Assembly (NCBI GenBank): GCA_964630525.1
Contig: CAZVUY010000003.1
Span: 48,699-112,698 of the forward strand
Length of the DNA: 64,000 nt
Origin: an uncultured Candidatus Saccharibacteria bacterium
GTDB lineage: Bacteria; Patescibacteriota; Minisyncoccia; Phycocordibacterales; WO2-35-19
Reading direction: 5' to 3'
Numbering within the stretch: position 1 is the stretch's first letter; each line of letters begins with the position of its first letter. Made by a program: the position numbers and the translations under genes. Shown piece after piece: positions 1 to 9,333 of this stretch. A model generated the notes under the pieces. The model had not been told where the DNA came from. It did no database searches and saw only the letters and a program-made list of their open reading frames with translations.

Positions 1-1
1 T

Positions 2-814
2 TTTAACCAAGAGGCTTATGAAAAAGTGAAAAATCTTGGCGGACTTTTCGTCGTTGGTACTGAACGGCACGATGCTCGTCGTATCGACAACCAGCTCCGT
101 GGGCGTTCCGGCCGACAAGGTGATCCGGGCGAAACCCAATTTTTCGTCTCAATGGAGGATCATATCATGCGAGTTTTTGCGGCTGATACGGTGAAAAAAA
201 TGATGGGTCGGCTCGGTATCCCAGAAGATCAACCGATCGAGAACAAACTGATCACTCGTTCGCTCGAAAGCGCTCAGGAAAAAATCGAAGGACTCAATTT
301 TGATGCTCGCAAACACGTTTTGGAATATGATGATGTGCTCAATTTTCAACGCAAAGTCTTTTATGAAAGGAGGAGAAAGGTGTTGATGGAGCCAGCGAGC
401 GGTGAAGAAGCGGAGAGGGTGCGCCAGGTCAAACTCCAGGTTTATGATATGTTCTGGGTCGATCATTTGGAGATGATGGATTATCTGCGTAGTAGCGTGA
501 ACTTGCGCGCTTATGGTCAGCGCGACCCACTAGTCGAGTACAAGAAAGAGGGTTTGCGTTTGTTTAAAGAGATGGAAGCCTCAATTCAAAACACGATCGA
601 CGAAAATCTGCAAAAGTTGGCTGAAGCTCAGAAAACCACGGTGCTTTCGAATGTTCAAAAACAGGCGGAGCTGATTACAGACTCTGATAATTCTTCTAAT
701 CTCCCTAACCCTCTTTATTCTAAAGAGGGGACTGGAGGGAACAAGAACATTGGTCGCAACGACCCATGCTGGTGCGGCTCTGGTAAAAAATTCAAAAAAT
801 GCCACGGGGCTTAA
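2..814 (+). CDS. secA: Preprotein translocase SecA, C-terminal part (gene starts before the window)
   Basis: Motifs GGLFVVGTERHDARRIDNQLRGRSGRQGDPG, LRAYGQRDPLVEYKKEG and C-terminal SEC-C GRNDPCWCGSGKKFKKCHG. Confidence 0.98.
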   Translation, partial: FNQEAYEKVKNLGGLFVVGTERHDARRIDNQLRGRSGRQGDPGETQFFVSMEDHIMRVFAADTVKKMMGRLGIPEDQPIENKLITRSLESAQEKIEGLNFDARKHVLEYDDVLNFQRKVFYERRRKVLMEPASGEEAERVRQVKLQVYDMFWVDHLEMMDYLRSSVNLRAYGQRDPLVEYKKEGLRLFKEMEASIQNTIDENLQKLAEAQKTTVLSNVQKQAELITDSDNSSNLPNPLYSKEGTGGNKNIGRNDPCWCGSGKKFKKCHGA

Positions 815-817
815 AAA

Positions 818-1420
818 ATGAAATTTTCACCTAAGATAAAAAATCTGATCGACTTTATAGAATTCAATCACGAATTTAGAGAGGTAATTAGGGTGGCGCG
901 ATCGCCTAATGCTAAGAATTTTGAAAATGATGCCGAACATAGCTACCAACTTGCGATGGTTGCTTGGTATCTGATCGAATCTGACAAATTGAAGCTTAAT
1001 AAAGAACTTTGCTTTATGTATGCTCTTGCACATGATTTGGTAGAAATTTACGCTGGGGATACTTATTTTCTCGATAATCAAAAAGCCGAATCAAAACATA
1101 AAAGAGAAAAAGAGGCGTTATTGAAGATCAAAAAAAGATTTCCTCGTTTTAGATCACTTGTTAAAGTAATTGAACGATATGAAAAGAGGGAAGATGAAGA
1201 GAGTAAATTTATTTATGCAATTGATAAAATCATACCTCCGATCCAAATATACTTAGAGAATGGTAAATTATGGCGAGAGCAAAAAGTACCTTTTGATGGT
1301 TTGATGCAAAACAAAAATCCAAAAATTGCTCTTTCCAAACCAGTCGACAAGTATTGGCAAGAGATGAAAAGGGCGATTAGCAAAAATAAGAAAAAATTAT
1401 TTAATTATGAACACCACTGA
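818..1420 (+). CDS. HD-domain phosphohydrolase (YfbR/HDDC2-like)
   Basis: ENDAEHSYQLA and ALAHDLVEIYAGD motifs, DKI near C-terminal helix. Confidence 0.88.
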   Translation: MKFSPKIKNLIDFIEFNHEFREVIRVARSPNAKNFENDAEHSYQLAMVAWYLIESDKLKLNKELCFMYALAHDLVEIYAGDTYFLDNQKAESKHKREKEALLKIKKRFPRFRSLVKVIERYEKREDEESKFIYAIDKIIPPIQIYLENGKLWREQKVPFDGLMQNKNPKIALSKPVDKYWQEMKRAISKNKKKLFNYEHH

Positions 1421-1964
1421 AATCGAATGTCGGTTTTTGGAGATAGACAAGGATGACTTGGTTAAAAAACTTAAGGAGCTTGGGGCGCATGATGAAGGGG
1501 AAAATCTTATTGAGGAAACTGTGATTTATGACAAAGATCTGAAGTGGAGAGATGAACAAAAATTCGTGCGGATAAGAAAAGTTGGAAACAAAACCAAGCT
1601 GACTTATAAAGATCAAAAGATACAAACAGTAGATGGTACTTTTGAAATAGAATTTGAGATTGAAGATTACCAAAAAGCTGAACTCCTTTTTCAAAAAATA
1701 GGATTGTGGCCTTACCGACACCAACAAAAGAAGCGACATGCTTTTAAGTTGGATGGAGTTTCGATTGATATTGATTCTTGGCCTATGATTCCAACATATG
1801 TAGAACTGGAAGGTGAATCAGAAGAAGATTTAAAGAGAGTGGCAAAACTGCTTGATTTGGATTGGGAGAAAGCCGATTTCCATAATGCGAGATGGGTGAT
1901 AGAAAATGTTTACAACATTCCGGTCGGCACTTTTAGGTGGTATACCTTTGATAAATGTGAATAA
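1407..1964 (+). CDS. CYTH-domain protein (class IV adenylate cyclase-like)
   Basis: N-terminal EIE-x-R/K motif, RIRK...LTYK, IDIDSWP...YVELEG. Confidence 0.88.
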   Translation: MNTTEIECRFLEIDKDDLVKKLKELGAHDEGENLIEETVIYDKDLKWRDEQKFVRIRKVGNKTKLTYKDQKIQTVDGTFEIEFEIEDYQKAELLFQKIGLWPYRHQQKKRHAFKLDGVSIDIDSWPMIPTYVELEGESEEDLKRVAKLLDLDWEKADFHNARWVIENVYNIPVGTFRWYTFDKCE

Positions 1965-1965
1965 A

Positions 1966-2481
1966 ATGCGGGGAACTATTCCAGAATTTGGTATAAAACG
2001 GGAAAATGAGGAGCACCGAGATGGTGGTTGTGGAGTGGTTTTTGATCCGAAGACACAAAAATATGCGGTAGGAGAAAAAACTGATTCTGGTTTTTTTATA
2101 CTATTTTCAGGCGGAGTTGATAAAGGTGAAGATATAAAAGGGGGGATTTTGAGAGAGGTGACCGAAGAGAGCGGGCTTTACGATTTTGGTCATATCGAAA
2201 AGATAGCTGAAGCTTTTACTCATTATCGAAATACGGCGAAAAATGTAAACCGTGTCGCCCATGCGACGTGCTTTCTGGTTATTTTAAAGAGCACAAATTT
2301 GAAAAATACCAAACTAGAAGAACACGAAAAATTTGTTTTAAAATGGAAAACTTTGGAAGAAATTTTTGCTAACTGGAAAGAAAGCAATCAAAATAAAGAC
2401 AATGATCATTGGTTTTATTTTATGGAAAAAGCTGTCGCTCGAGCAAAAGAACTTGGATATGACAAGACAAGCAAAATATGA
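1966..2481 (+). CDS. NUDIX hydrolase
   Basis: Nudix box GGVDKGEDIKGGILREVTEESG; ATG at 1966 chosen, directly after the upstream stop. Confidence 0.85.
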   Translation: MRGTIPEFGIKRENEEHRDGGCGVVFDPKTQKYAVGEKTDSGFFILFSGGVDKGEDIKGGILREVTEESGLYDFGHIEKIAEAFTHYRNTAKNVNRVAHATCFLVILKSTNLKNTKLEEHEKFVLKWKTLEEIFANWKESNQNKDNDHWFYFMEKAVARAKELGYDKTSKI

Positions 2482-2639
2482 AAAAACGGACCGTTGAAAA
2501 AATCCATCACTTTAGTTGTGAGAAGTGCAAAAGATGGTGGAGTGTAGGGGACGCGCCTCCTGAAAAGAAAAACTGGTTTTGTCCTTGGTGTGGTAAGGAA
2601 AATTTATACAAAAATCCACGGCCGTGGGAAAGTGTATAA
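2478..2639 (+). CDS. 53-aa zinc-ribbon protein (not in the ORF track)
   Basis: MKKRTVEKIHHFSCEKCKRWWSVGDAPPEKKNWFCPWCGKENLYKNPRPWESV; two CxxC motifs; ATGA overlap with the NUDIX stop. Confidence 0.7.
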   Translation: MKKRTVEKIHHFSCEKCKRWWSVGDAPPEKKNWFCPWCGKENLYKNPRPWESV

Positions 2640-2723
2640 AATGTAGCGATTAATTGCTACAAAATGGGAACTTCCTTTTTTGTTAGAGATGTGTAAGATT
2701 GAGGAAGGAAGGAGATTGATTGT

Positions 2724-2951
2724 ATGACAATTGACCTAATAGACGCTCGTTTTGAAGAAGAGAGGAAGAGGACAAAAAAGTGTTTGGATCAAGTGCTCCA
2801 GTATCTTTCACATGACACTTCTCCTACTCGAAAAAAACTTGCTGAAGTTTTGAGGCAGCAGGCTTATCTGGTTGAATCAGAATCCAATATAGATTGTTTT
2901 TCAGCTAAGTATGATATGACTGGAAAGGATGAATATGTCTGCGAAGATTGA
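2724..2951 (+). CDS. Hypothetical protein
   Basis: 75-aa ORF with AAGGAG SD upstream. Confidence 0.55.
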   Translation: MTIDLIDARFEEERKRTKKCLDQVLQYLSHDTSPTRKKLAEVLRQQAYLVESESNIDCFSAKYDMTGKDEYVCED

Positions 2952-3285
2952 CAGCGATCTCAAGCAAATGGACATCGGTTCTCTTAGACGAGAAGTGATG
3001 AAACTACGCAGAGCCATTCGCCTGGAGCTGAGGCATACTGGCAATCGGCGCTGTTGGATCAACTTGGCAAATGTTTTGCCAGAAGGGGGCGAAATCTGCC
3101 CTCTGAATCTACCAGAAGAAGAGTTTCTGAAGAATTGTGCTCGTTATTACAAGCGCAACAAGAGGAAGAATCCAATTGAAAGAAATAACTTGATCAAAGT
3201 CATCCAAGAGATCGCAGAAAACCAAAAGCAGTTTGATGATTATAAGAAAAGGTCGGGATTGCGCCACTTGACCTTCACCTTGTGA
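2929..3285 (+). CDS. Hypothetical protein
   Basis: 118-aa ORF overlapping the previous gene; HTGNRRCW...EEFLKNCARYY segment. Confidence 0.6.
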   Translation: MNMSAKIDSDLKQMDIGSLRREVMKLRRAIRLELRHTGNRRCWINLANVLPEGGEICPLNLPEEEFLKNCARYYKRNKRKNPIERNNLIKVIQEIAENQKQFDDYKKRSGLRHLTFTL

Positions 3286-3380
3286 CTTTTAGAGTCCGAT
3301 GCGAGAGACGATCTCGTGTCGGACTTTCGCTTTTTGGGCCAGTATTTTGCTATAATTCGACTTACTAATAACAAAAAATT

Positions 3381-3626
3381 ATGGAAGGATTTCAAAGGCC
3401 TAATACGGTGGAAGGAATAACGAAAATAATAGAAAATTTTGCCGAGCAAAATGAAATGGCGATTGAGGATTTATTTTCTGATGTGCTTACTTTTGCAGAA
3501 TTAGCTGAGGCGGGTGATGGGGCAGAAGAATATTTTGTTGAAATGGAGGAGTTAGCCGGTATTTCTAGAGCAGAAATGATCCAAGCGGCAAATGCGTATA
3601 AAGAGTCTCAAGAATCAGAAGAATAA
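3381..3626 (+). CDS. Hypothetical acidic protein
   Basis: 81-aa ORF with TATAAT upstream. Confidence 0.6.
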   Translation: MEGFQRPNTVEGITKIIENFAEQNEMAIEDLFSDVLTFAELAEAGDGAEEYFVEMEELAGISRAEMIQAANAYKESQESEE

Positions 3627-3628
3627 TT

Positions 3629-3943
3629 ATGGAAGAGTTAAATAATCAGGAACGTTTTGGGGATTTTAAAAATAGAATTTCAGAAATTTTTAAAACGGAA
3701 GGTCTTTCTGAAAACTTATTAGCAGAAGTAGAGAAGTGGCATAATCGCAGATATGAAGAGACTGATAGGCAAGGTGGCACCATAGAACAAAGAATTACCT
3801 TTCAGATGGAATTGGCAGAAATTTATCTAATCACAGAAAGGGTAGATCTTGCTTTGGAGATTTTAGATGATGCTTGGACTCAGGCTGATCAAGAAGGTTT
3901 ACAGGATCTTGCAGCTAAAATTGGAGATATAATAAGAGGTTAA
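3629..3943 (+). CDS. Hypothetical helical protein
   Basis: 104-aa ORF, 2 nt after the previous stop. Confidence 0.6.
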   Translation: MEELNNQERFGDFKNRISEIFKTEGLSENLLAEVEKWHNRRYEETDRQGGTIEQRITFQMELAEIYLITERVDLALEILDDAWTQADQEGLQDLAAKIGDIIRG

Positions 3944-3965
3944 TGAGTTATCTAAAATAGATATT

Positions 3966-4100
3966 AAAAACGGCTGGGAGCGTAAGCTGCCAGCCGGGGG
4001 CGTCGGGTCTCTTGGGTTGTTCGCATAACAAACTCATTGTAGGCGTCCCACAAACGCCTCGTTGTTCGGCCCGCAGGGCGCAGGCCTACACCCGACATTG
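3966..4100 (-). ncRNA. Candidate structured small RNA with its own promoter and terminator
   Basis: TTGACC-16-TATCAT promoter (4133-4106); closing stem GUCGGGU/ACCCGAC encloses three hairpins; followed by GC hairpin and U-run. Confidence 0.5.
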
Positions 4101-4167
4101 GTCATATGATAGCCAAGTTACTCATTTGGTCAAGTTGCCGTTTACGATTTAATGTGTACTATGAATT

Positions 4168-4851
4168 ATGGAAAGGCTCTGTATGTCCAAAAAATTCAAC
4201 AATGGCTATGCGTTTGAGCGATATGTATTCGGTGAGCCGATCTTAAAAAGGGAGGCTCACCAGATCCAAGCGTCAGCGATCACTTTCAGCAATGCTTTAA
4301 GGAGGGTGATCGCCAATGCAAACGGGCATTTGCATTCTCAGCACCCTAAAACAGAAGTAGGGAGAGATTTGTGGCATTTCGTGCGCAAATTTTTGGTTGC
4401 AGCTCAATTGCCCATTCAGAAGTTTGGGTTCTATTCTGCCATCAAGACAGATGCCGACTTTCGGTACGGGGTCGATGGCTTCTTTTATTTGGTTAGCCAA
4501 GACAAGGAGGCTTTGGCAATAATTGACGCTTTTCTGATTCCGAATTTTCTGATTGAAAAATTGGAAAACCGGCAATTCAGTTCTTGTTCGCAAGTCCAAG
4601 ATGAGTTGTACCGGATGAAGAGAATCATCAGACAGGTAAAACAGTCAAATCCAAACAATGAGTTAACCTGGCCCCAATTTTGGCAAATATATAACAACAA
4701 AGAATCCGCGAAAGAATTTGTGAGGTTCAAGAATTCTTTCGTTTTTACCCAGTATGATTTGCGTAGGCCAAAGGGGATCAAGGAGTTGGGTAAAGAGATC
4801 GCCAGGTCCCTCTTTTGGCAGATACGACCCGGGGTAAAGTTATCTTTCTAG
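4168..4851 (+). CDS. Hypothetical protein
   Basis: 227-aa ORF followed by a terminator; TDADFRYGVDGFF motif. Confidence 0.65.
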   Translation: MERLCMSKKFNNGYAFERYVFGEPILKREAHQIQASAITFSNALRRVIANANGHLHSQHPKTEVGRDLWHFVRKFLVAAQLPIQKFGFYSAIKTDADFRYGVDGFFYLVSQDKEALAIIDAFLIPNFLIEKLENRQFSSCSQVQDELYRMKRIIRQVKQSNPNNELTWPQFWQIYNNKESAKEFVRFKNSFVFTQYDLRRPKGIKELGKEIARSLFWQIRPGVKLSF

Positions 4852-4861
4852 CTTCGGAAGG

Positions 4862-4895
4862 AAGCGGCCAGTTGGAGGCTGGTCGCTTTTATTTT
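4862..4895 (+). terminator. Intrinsic terminator
   Basis: aagcggccagtt-gg-aggctggtcgctt followed by a T-rich tract. Confidence 0.6.
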
Positions 4896-4936
4896 GAGGG
4901 TGTAATAAGATTATCGATATCAAATAATTACATTTA

Positions 4937-5575
4937 ATGATCGAATCACTCATACTTTTTTTACAGGTCAATGTTTTGCCGCTCGGGGCGCTCGGGGTAT
5001 TTTTGGCGAGCGTGATCGAAGAGGTGGTAGCTCCCATTCCATCGGCTCTTATCATGACCATGTCGGGCTTTCTGTTGGTGTCCGGGCCGGTCTCGGTTGG
5101 GACAATAACAAGCTTATTACTCAAAGTCGCGCTGCCCGCAGCCTTGGGAGTGACGATCGGCTCTTACGTCGTTTACTTCGCGGCTCGTTATGGTGGTAAG
5201 TTTGTAATTGAAAAATGGGGTAAATATATAGGTCTTTACTGGAGCGATATCGAAAAGTTACAAAACAAACTTTCAGGTACAAAGAGCGATGAACTTTTGA
5301 TAGCTGGAGCCAGAGTGCTACCGATTGTACCATCGGTCGCCATCTCGGCATTTTGCGGAATCATCGGTATGAATGCCGCCAAATATTTCCTGATTAGCTT
5401 GGTTGGCACGTTTCTAAGGGGGATTATTTTGGGTAGTATTGGTTGGCAGGTGGGCAATGTTTACGCTCGGTATGCCAAAGTGGTCGCTTCAGTAGAAAAT
5501 ATAGTGCTTTTATCCACCGTTTTTATTTTTATCGGATTTGTTGTGTTAAAATATAAAGGTAAATTGGGGGAGTGA
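4937..5575 (+). CDS. DedA/VTT-family membrane protein
   Basis: IEEVVAPIPS, GVTIGSYVVYFAARYGG and RVLPIVPS motifs. Confidence 0.9.
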   Translation: MIESLILFLQVNVLPLGALGVFLASVIEEVVAPIPSALIMTMSGFLLVSGPVSVGTITSLLLKVALPAALGVTIGSYVVYFAARYGGKFVIEKWGKYIGLYWSDIEKLQNKLSGTKSDELLIAGARVLPIVPSVAISAFCGIIGMNAAKYFLISLVGTFLRGIILGSIGWQVGNVYARYAKVVASVENIVLLSTVFIFIGFVVLKYKGKLGE

Positions 5576-5599
5576 GCACTATCCTTCAGTTTTACCCAT

Positions 5600-6646
5600 A
5601 TGTCTCAAAAAACTATCCAACTATCATTTTTTATCGCGCTTACTTTGGGACTTTTGGTACTCGCTTTCTTTGTTTTTAAGCCCTATCTCGGGATCATCTT
5701 TATCGCCAGTGTGTTGTCAGTCCTCTTTTACCCCCTTTACCAGAAATTTCTTATCTGGTTCAATGGCCGGCCGGGCCTCTCGGCTCTCGCTACACTTTTG
5801 GTGATTGTGGTCGCCATTGTTTTGCCAGCAATTTTCATATCAGCGAGCGTTTTTTCAGAAGCGATCGGTCTCTATAATTCGATCGCTTTCGGTGGCGGGG
5901 CTCAAAAAGCGATAGATTACATTGACCTGCTTTCCTCTAAGGTTGGTGGGTCGCTTTTCAATAATCCGACTTTTGAAATAGGTATCGAAAATTATTTTCG
6001 AGATATCTTGGGTTGGGTGATCAGTCATTTCGATTCTATTTTCTCAGCAGTATTCAAAGGGATTTTGGGTTTTGTCTTGATGCTCATCTCGATCTACTAT
6101 TTGCTGCGCAATGGTACCAAACTCAAAGAGGCGATCGTGATGTGGAGCCCGCTACCAGACAATTATGACGAAGAGATATTGGTGGCTCTGCGATCTTCTG
6201 TTGATGCGGTGATTCGCGGGAGGCTCCTAGTTTCGGTGGCCCAAGGTGTTTTTTTGAGCATTGGCTTCGTTATTTTCGGAGTGGCCAACCCAGTGTTGTG
6301 GGGTTTTGTGGGTAGTATCGCTTCTCTTATCCCAGCTCTCGGCACTTCGCTCATCACAATTCCGGCAGTGCTCTATCTTTTTGTAAACGGAAGTTATGGT
6401 GCGGGCTTAGGTCTTTTGGTTTGGGGAGCAGTGGCAGTCGGTTTGGTCGACGATACCCTTTCTTTCTTTATTTTGAAAAGAAGTATAAAAATTCACCCGC
6501 TCCTGATCCTCTTCTCTATTTTAGGCGGAGTCCAATTGTTCGGGATCATTGGTTTGATAGCCGGACCGGTCGTTATCAGTGCTTTTCTGGCGCTACTTCG
6601 GGTTTACCCCTTTATCCTTCGCCAGGATTTATCTACCAAAATGTAA
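5600..6646 (+). CDS. AI-2E family transporter
   Basis: Multi-TM 348 aa; SLIPALGT and IHPLLILFSILGGVQLFGIIGLIAGPV. Confidence 0.9.
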   Translation: MSQKTIQLSFFIALTLGLLVLAFFVFKPYLGIIFIASVLSVLFYPLYQKFLIWFNGRPGLSALATLLVIVVAIVLPAIFISASVFSEAIGLYNSIAFGGGAQKAIDYIDLLSSKVGGSLFNNPTFEIGIENYFRDILGWVISHFDSIFSAVFKGILGFVLMLISIYYLLRNGTKLKEAIVMWSPLPDNYDEEILVALRSSVDAVIRGRLLVSVAQGVFLSIGFVIFGVANPVLWGFVGSIASLIPALGTSLITIPAVLYLFVNGSYGAGLGLLVWGAVAVGLVDDTLSFFILKRSIKIHPLLILFSILGGVQLFGIIGLIAGPVVISAFLALLRVYPFILRQDLSTKM

Positions 6647-6649
6647 ACA

Positions 6650-7939
6650 ATGGCAAGTTCGAGGTTACCAAGTGTACTCATGTTTGGGTGGGAGTTCCCA
6701 CCTTTTAATAGTGGTGGACTTGGAGTGGCCTGTGAGGGCTTGACCAAAGCGTTGTCGGCAAGCGGGGTCGACTTGACTTTTGTGTTGCCTTTTAAAATCC
6801 CGGTGGCGGCTTCCTGGTGCCGTTTTGTTTTTGCCAATGATTCGACCACTTTTAAAAATGAGGCCCAGATCCGGACACTTTTTGCTGGTTATCAGAGTCA
6901 TTCTGATACTGTTTATACTAAAAAATATGGGTTACCAAAAAATATTTCTGGCAGTTTGGTTGAGCGGGTACGCACTTATGCTCACAGTGCACCAGCGGTG
7001 GCGGCACGAGTCGAACATTCGGTGATCCATGCCCATGATTGGCTTACTTACCCGGCCGGGATAGCTGCCAAAGAAGTTTCTGGTAAGCCGCTGGTCGCTC
7101 ATGTGCATGCGACCGAGTTTGATCGTAGTGGAGGGGACAGTGTCAACCGAGAAATTTTTGAAGTGGAGATGGAAGGTTTTCATAAAGCCGATCGGGTGGT
7201 CACTGTTTCTGGTCTTACCAGAAAAAAAGTAATTGAAAAGTACGGAGTTGCACCAGAAAAGGTGCAAGTGGTCTACAATGGAATTGAATTTGGTACTAAC
7301 CACTCTGCGATCGAGCACAATCTGGAAAAGCTTAAGAGAGAAGGTAATTCAATTGTTTTGTTTGTAGGCCGGATCACTCTCCAAAAAGGTCCGGAGTTTT
7401 TTGTTGAGATGGCCAAGCGGGTGATGAGTTATGAACCAAACACATTTTTCGTAGTTTCGGGAAGTGGAGATATGGAAGGAGAAATGATTGGAAGGGTGGC
7501 AGCGGCCGGACTTTCTCACAAATTTATATTCTGTGGTTTCTTGCGAGGAGATGAGCTTGCACGAGTTTACAAAGCAGCCGATATTTTCGTGATGCCCTCG
7601 GTTTCTGAGCCGTTCGGGTTAGTGCCACTAGAGGCAATGATTTCAGAAGTACCGGTCCTAATCTCTAAAGAATCCGGAGTGAGTGAAATATTATCGACAG
7701 CGCTCAAATCTCATTTTTGGGACATAGACGATATGGCCGACAAAGTGGTGAGTGTTTTGCGTCATCAGAAACTAAAAAAACATTTGAGTATAAATGGTCG
7801 CGAAGAAGTGAAGACTATCCACTGGAAAAAAGCTGCAGACACCTTGATCTCAGTGTATAATTCTCTAGACAATGCCTTCGGTATGCTTTTACTTCCAAGT
7901 TCACCAGCCGTTGCGGGTGCGAAAGTACCGCATTTTTGA
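6650..7939 (+). CDS. Glycosyltransferase family 4 (glycogen/alpha-glucan synthase-like)
   Basis: MFGWEFPPFNSGGLG, HAHDWLT, HVHATEFDR, PSVSEPFGLVPLEAM. Confidence 0.92.
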   Translation: MASSRLPSVLMFGWEFPPFNSGGLGVACEGLTKALSASGVDLTFVLPFKIPVAASWCRFVFANDSTTFKNEAQIRTLFAGYQSHSDTVYTKKYGLPKNISGSLVERVRTYAHSAPAVAARVEHSVIHAHDWLTYPAGIAAKEVSGKPLVAHVHATEFDRSGGDSVNREIFEVEMEGFHKADRVVTVSGLTRKKVIEKYGVAPEKVQVVYNGIEFGTNHSAIEHNLEKLKREGNSIVLFVGRITLQKGPEFFVEMAKRVMSYEPNTFFVVSGSGDMEGEMIGRVAAAGLSHKFIFCGFLRGDELARVYKAADIFVMPSVSEPFGLVPLEAMISEVPVLISKESGVSEILSTALKSHFWDIDDMADKVVSVLRHQKLKKHLSINGREEVKTIHWKKAADTLISVYNSLDNAFGMLLLPSSPAVAGAKVPHF

Positions 7940-9131
7940 TGTTGGTAACAACCGTTCTTATTTTAGCGACGAGAGCGGCACCAGCCTGGACAACAGAGCA
8001 ATCGTCGAGAAAGTGGCTACCAAATGTTATCTGCCAGCCAACGCTACTATTCTCGAAAATATAAAAAGCAATCCTGATTTCAAAGTGAGCTACTCGATCT
8101 CTGGGGTGGCACTCGAACAGTTTGAAAAGTTTAAGCCAGAAGTTATCGATTCGTTCAAAGCGCTGATTGACACCGGCAATGTCGAGCTGCTTTCTGAGAC
8201 TTATCACCACTCACTCTCTTCTATTTTTGCTGAGGATGAGTTTGTCAATCAGGTCAAAATGCACCGCAAGAAAGTGAGGGACATGTTTGGCGTCACTCCA
8301 ACTATTTTCCGCAACACGGAGCTTATTTATTCCAACGAGATTGCTCGTTTGGCAGAGGCGATGGGTTACAAAGGTATTTTGGCTGAAGGAGCCGACCATG
8401 TTTTGGGTTGGCGTAGCCCCACCTTTCTTTATCGACCGGTTGGTACGGAAAAAATAAAATTACTACTCAAGCATTATCGACTTTCCGATGATATCGCTTT
8501 TCGTTTTAGTCAGCGGAGTTGGGAAGGTTGGCCACTCACTGCGCCCAAGTTTGCTGATTGGGTAGCTTCGCACAATGGCAATGGGCAGACAGTCAATCTT
8601 TTCATGGATTATGAGACTTTCGGTGAACATCAGTGGGAGGATACCGGTATTTTCGAATTTTTGCGTCATTTGCCAGGAGAGATTTTGCGCAATCCGGACA
8701 ATAATTTTCTCACTCCTTCTGAAGTGGTTGATCGCTACGAGGCGGCAGCCGAACTCGATGTGCCGTACCATGTCTCTTGGGCCGATACTGAGCGCGACCT
8801 CTCGGCTTGGATGTCAAATGATTTACAAAATGAAGCACTGCGAACTGTCTATGATTTGGGTAAAGAAATAGTACACGTGAATGATCCTGAACTTTTGGAA
8901 GATTGGCGGCGATTGCAGACTTCTGATCACTTCTACTATATGTGCACCAAATATTTCAATGACGGCGATGTTCACAAATACTTTTCTCCATACGAGTCGC
9001 CCTACGAAGCCTTTATTGCTTATATGAATGTGATGCAAGATATGCGTCTGCGCCTTGAAGAGGCCAAGAAAAATGAATCACACGGGATTAGCATTCATCG
9101 AGTGAAGCCACTTCGTTTTAGTGAAATGTAA
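7872..9131 (+). CDS. Glycoside hydrolase family 57 (alpha-amylase)
   Basis: FQVHQP, ETYHHSL, FRNTELIY, MDYETFGEHQW, LQTSDHFYYM. Confidence 0.95.
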   Translation: MPSVCFYFQVHQPLRVRKYRIFDVGNNRSYFSDESGTSLDNRAIVEKVATKCYLPANATILENIKSNPDFKVSYSISGVALEQFEKFKPEVIDSFKALIDTGNVELLSETYHHSLSSIFAEDEFVNQVKMHRKKVRDMFGVTPTIFRNTELIYSNEIARLAEAMGYKGILAEGADHVLGWRSPTFLYRPVGTEKIKLLLKHYRLSDDIAFRFSQRSWEGWPLTAPKFADWVASHNGNGQTVNLFMDYETFGEHQWEDTGIFEFLRHLPGEILRNPDNNFLTPSEVVDRYEAAAELDVPYHVSWADTERDLSAWMSNDLQNEALRTVYDLGKEIVHVNDPELLEDWRRLQTSDHFYYMCTKYFNDGDVHKYFSPYESPYEAFIAYMNVMQDMRLRLEEAKKNESHGISIHRVKPLRFSEM

Positions 9132-9333
9132 TTCACATAAACTGATTGCATTTTGTTATTTTTTTTCTAAAATACTGGGAGGAGCATTCCAAGAGAGAGA
9201 TGAGGGACAACTTCGGGTCGCAGCCATTTTCATACTTGGCTCGCGACCCTCTTTTTATATAAAAATAGAGAGGGCGCCTCGTCTTAAACCTTGCGGCTTG
9301 TAACGAAGCGCCCTTCTTGCGGGGGAGGAGGCG

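Noticed and set aside
4848-4870. ttcGGAAggaagcggcc resembling SRP RNA helix 8
   Set aside because: The conserved CAGG/AGCA internal loop and flanking helix are missing; the sequence is better explained as a stop codon plus terminator.
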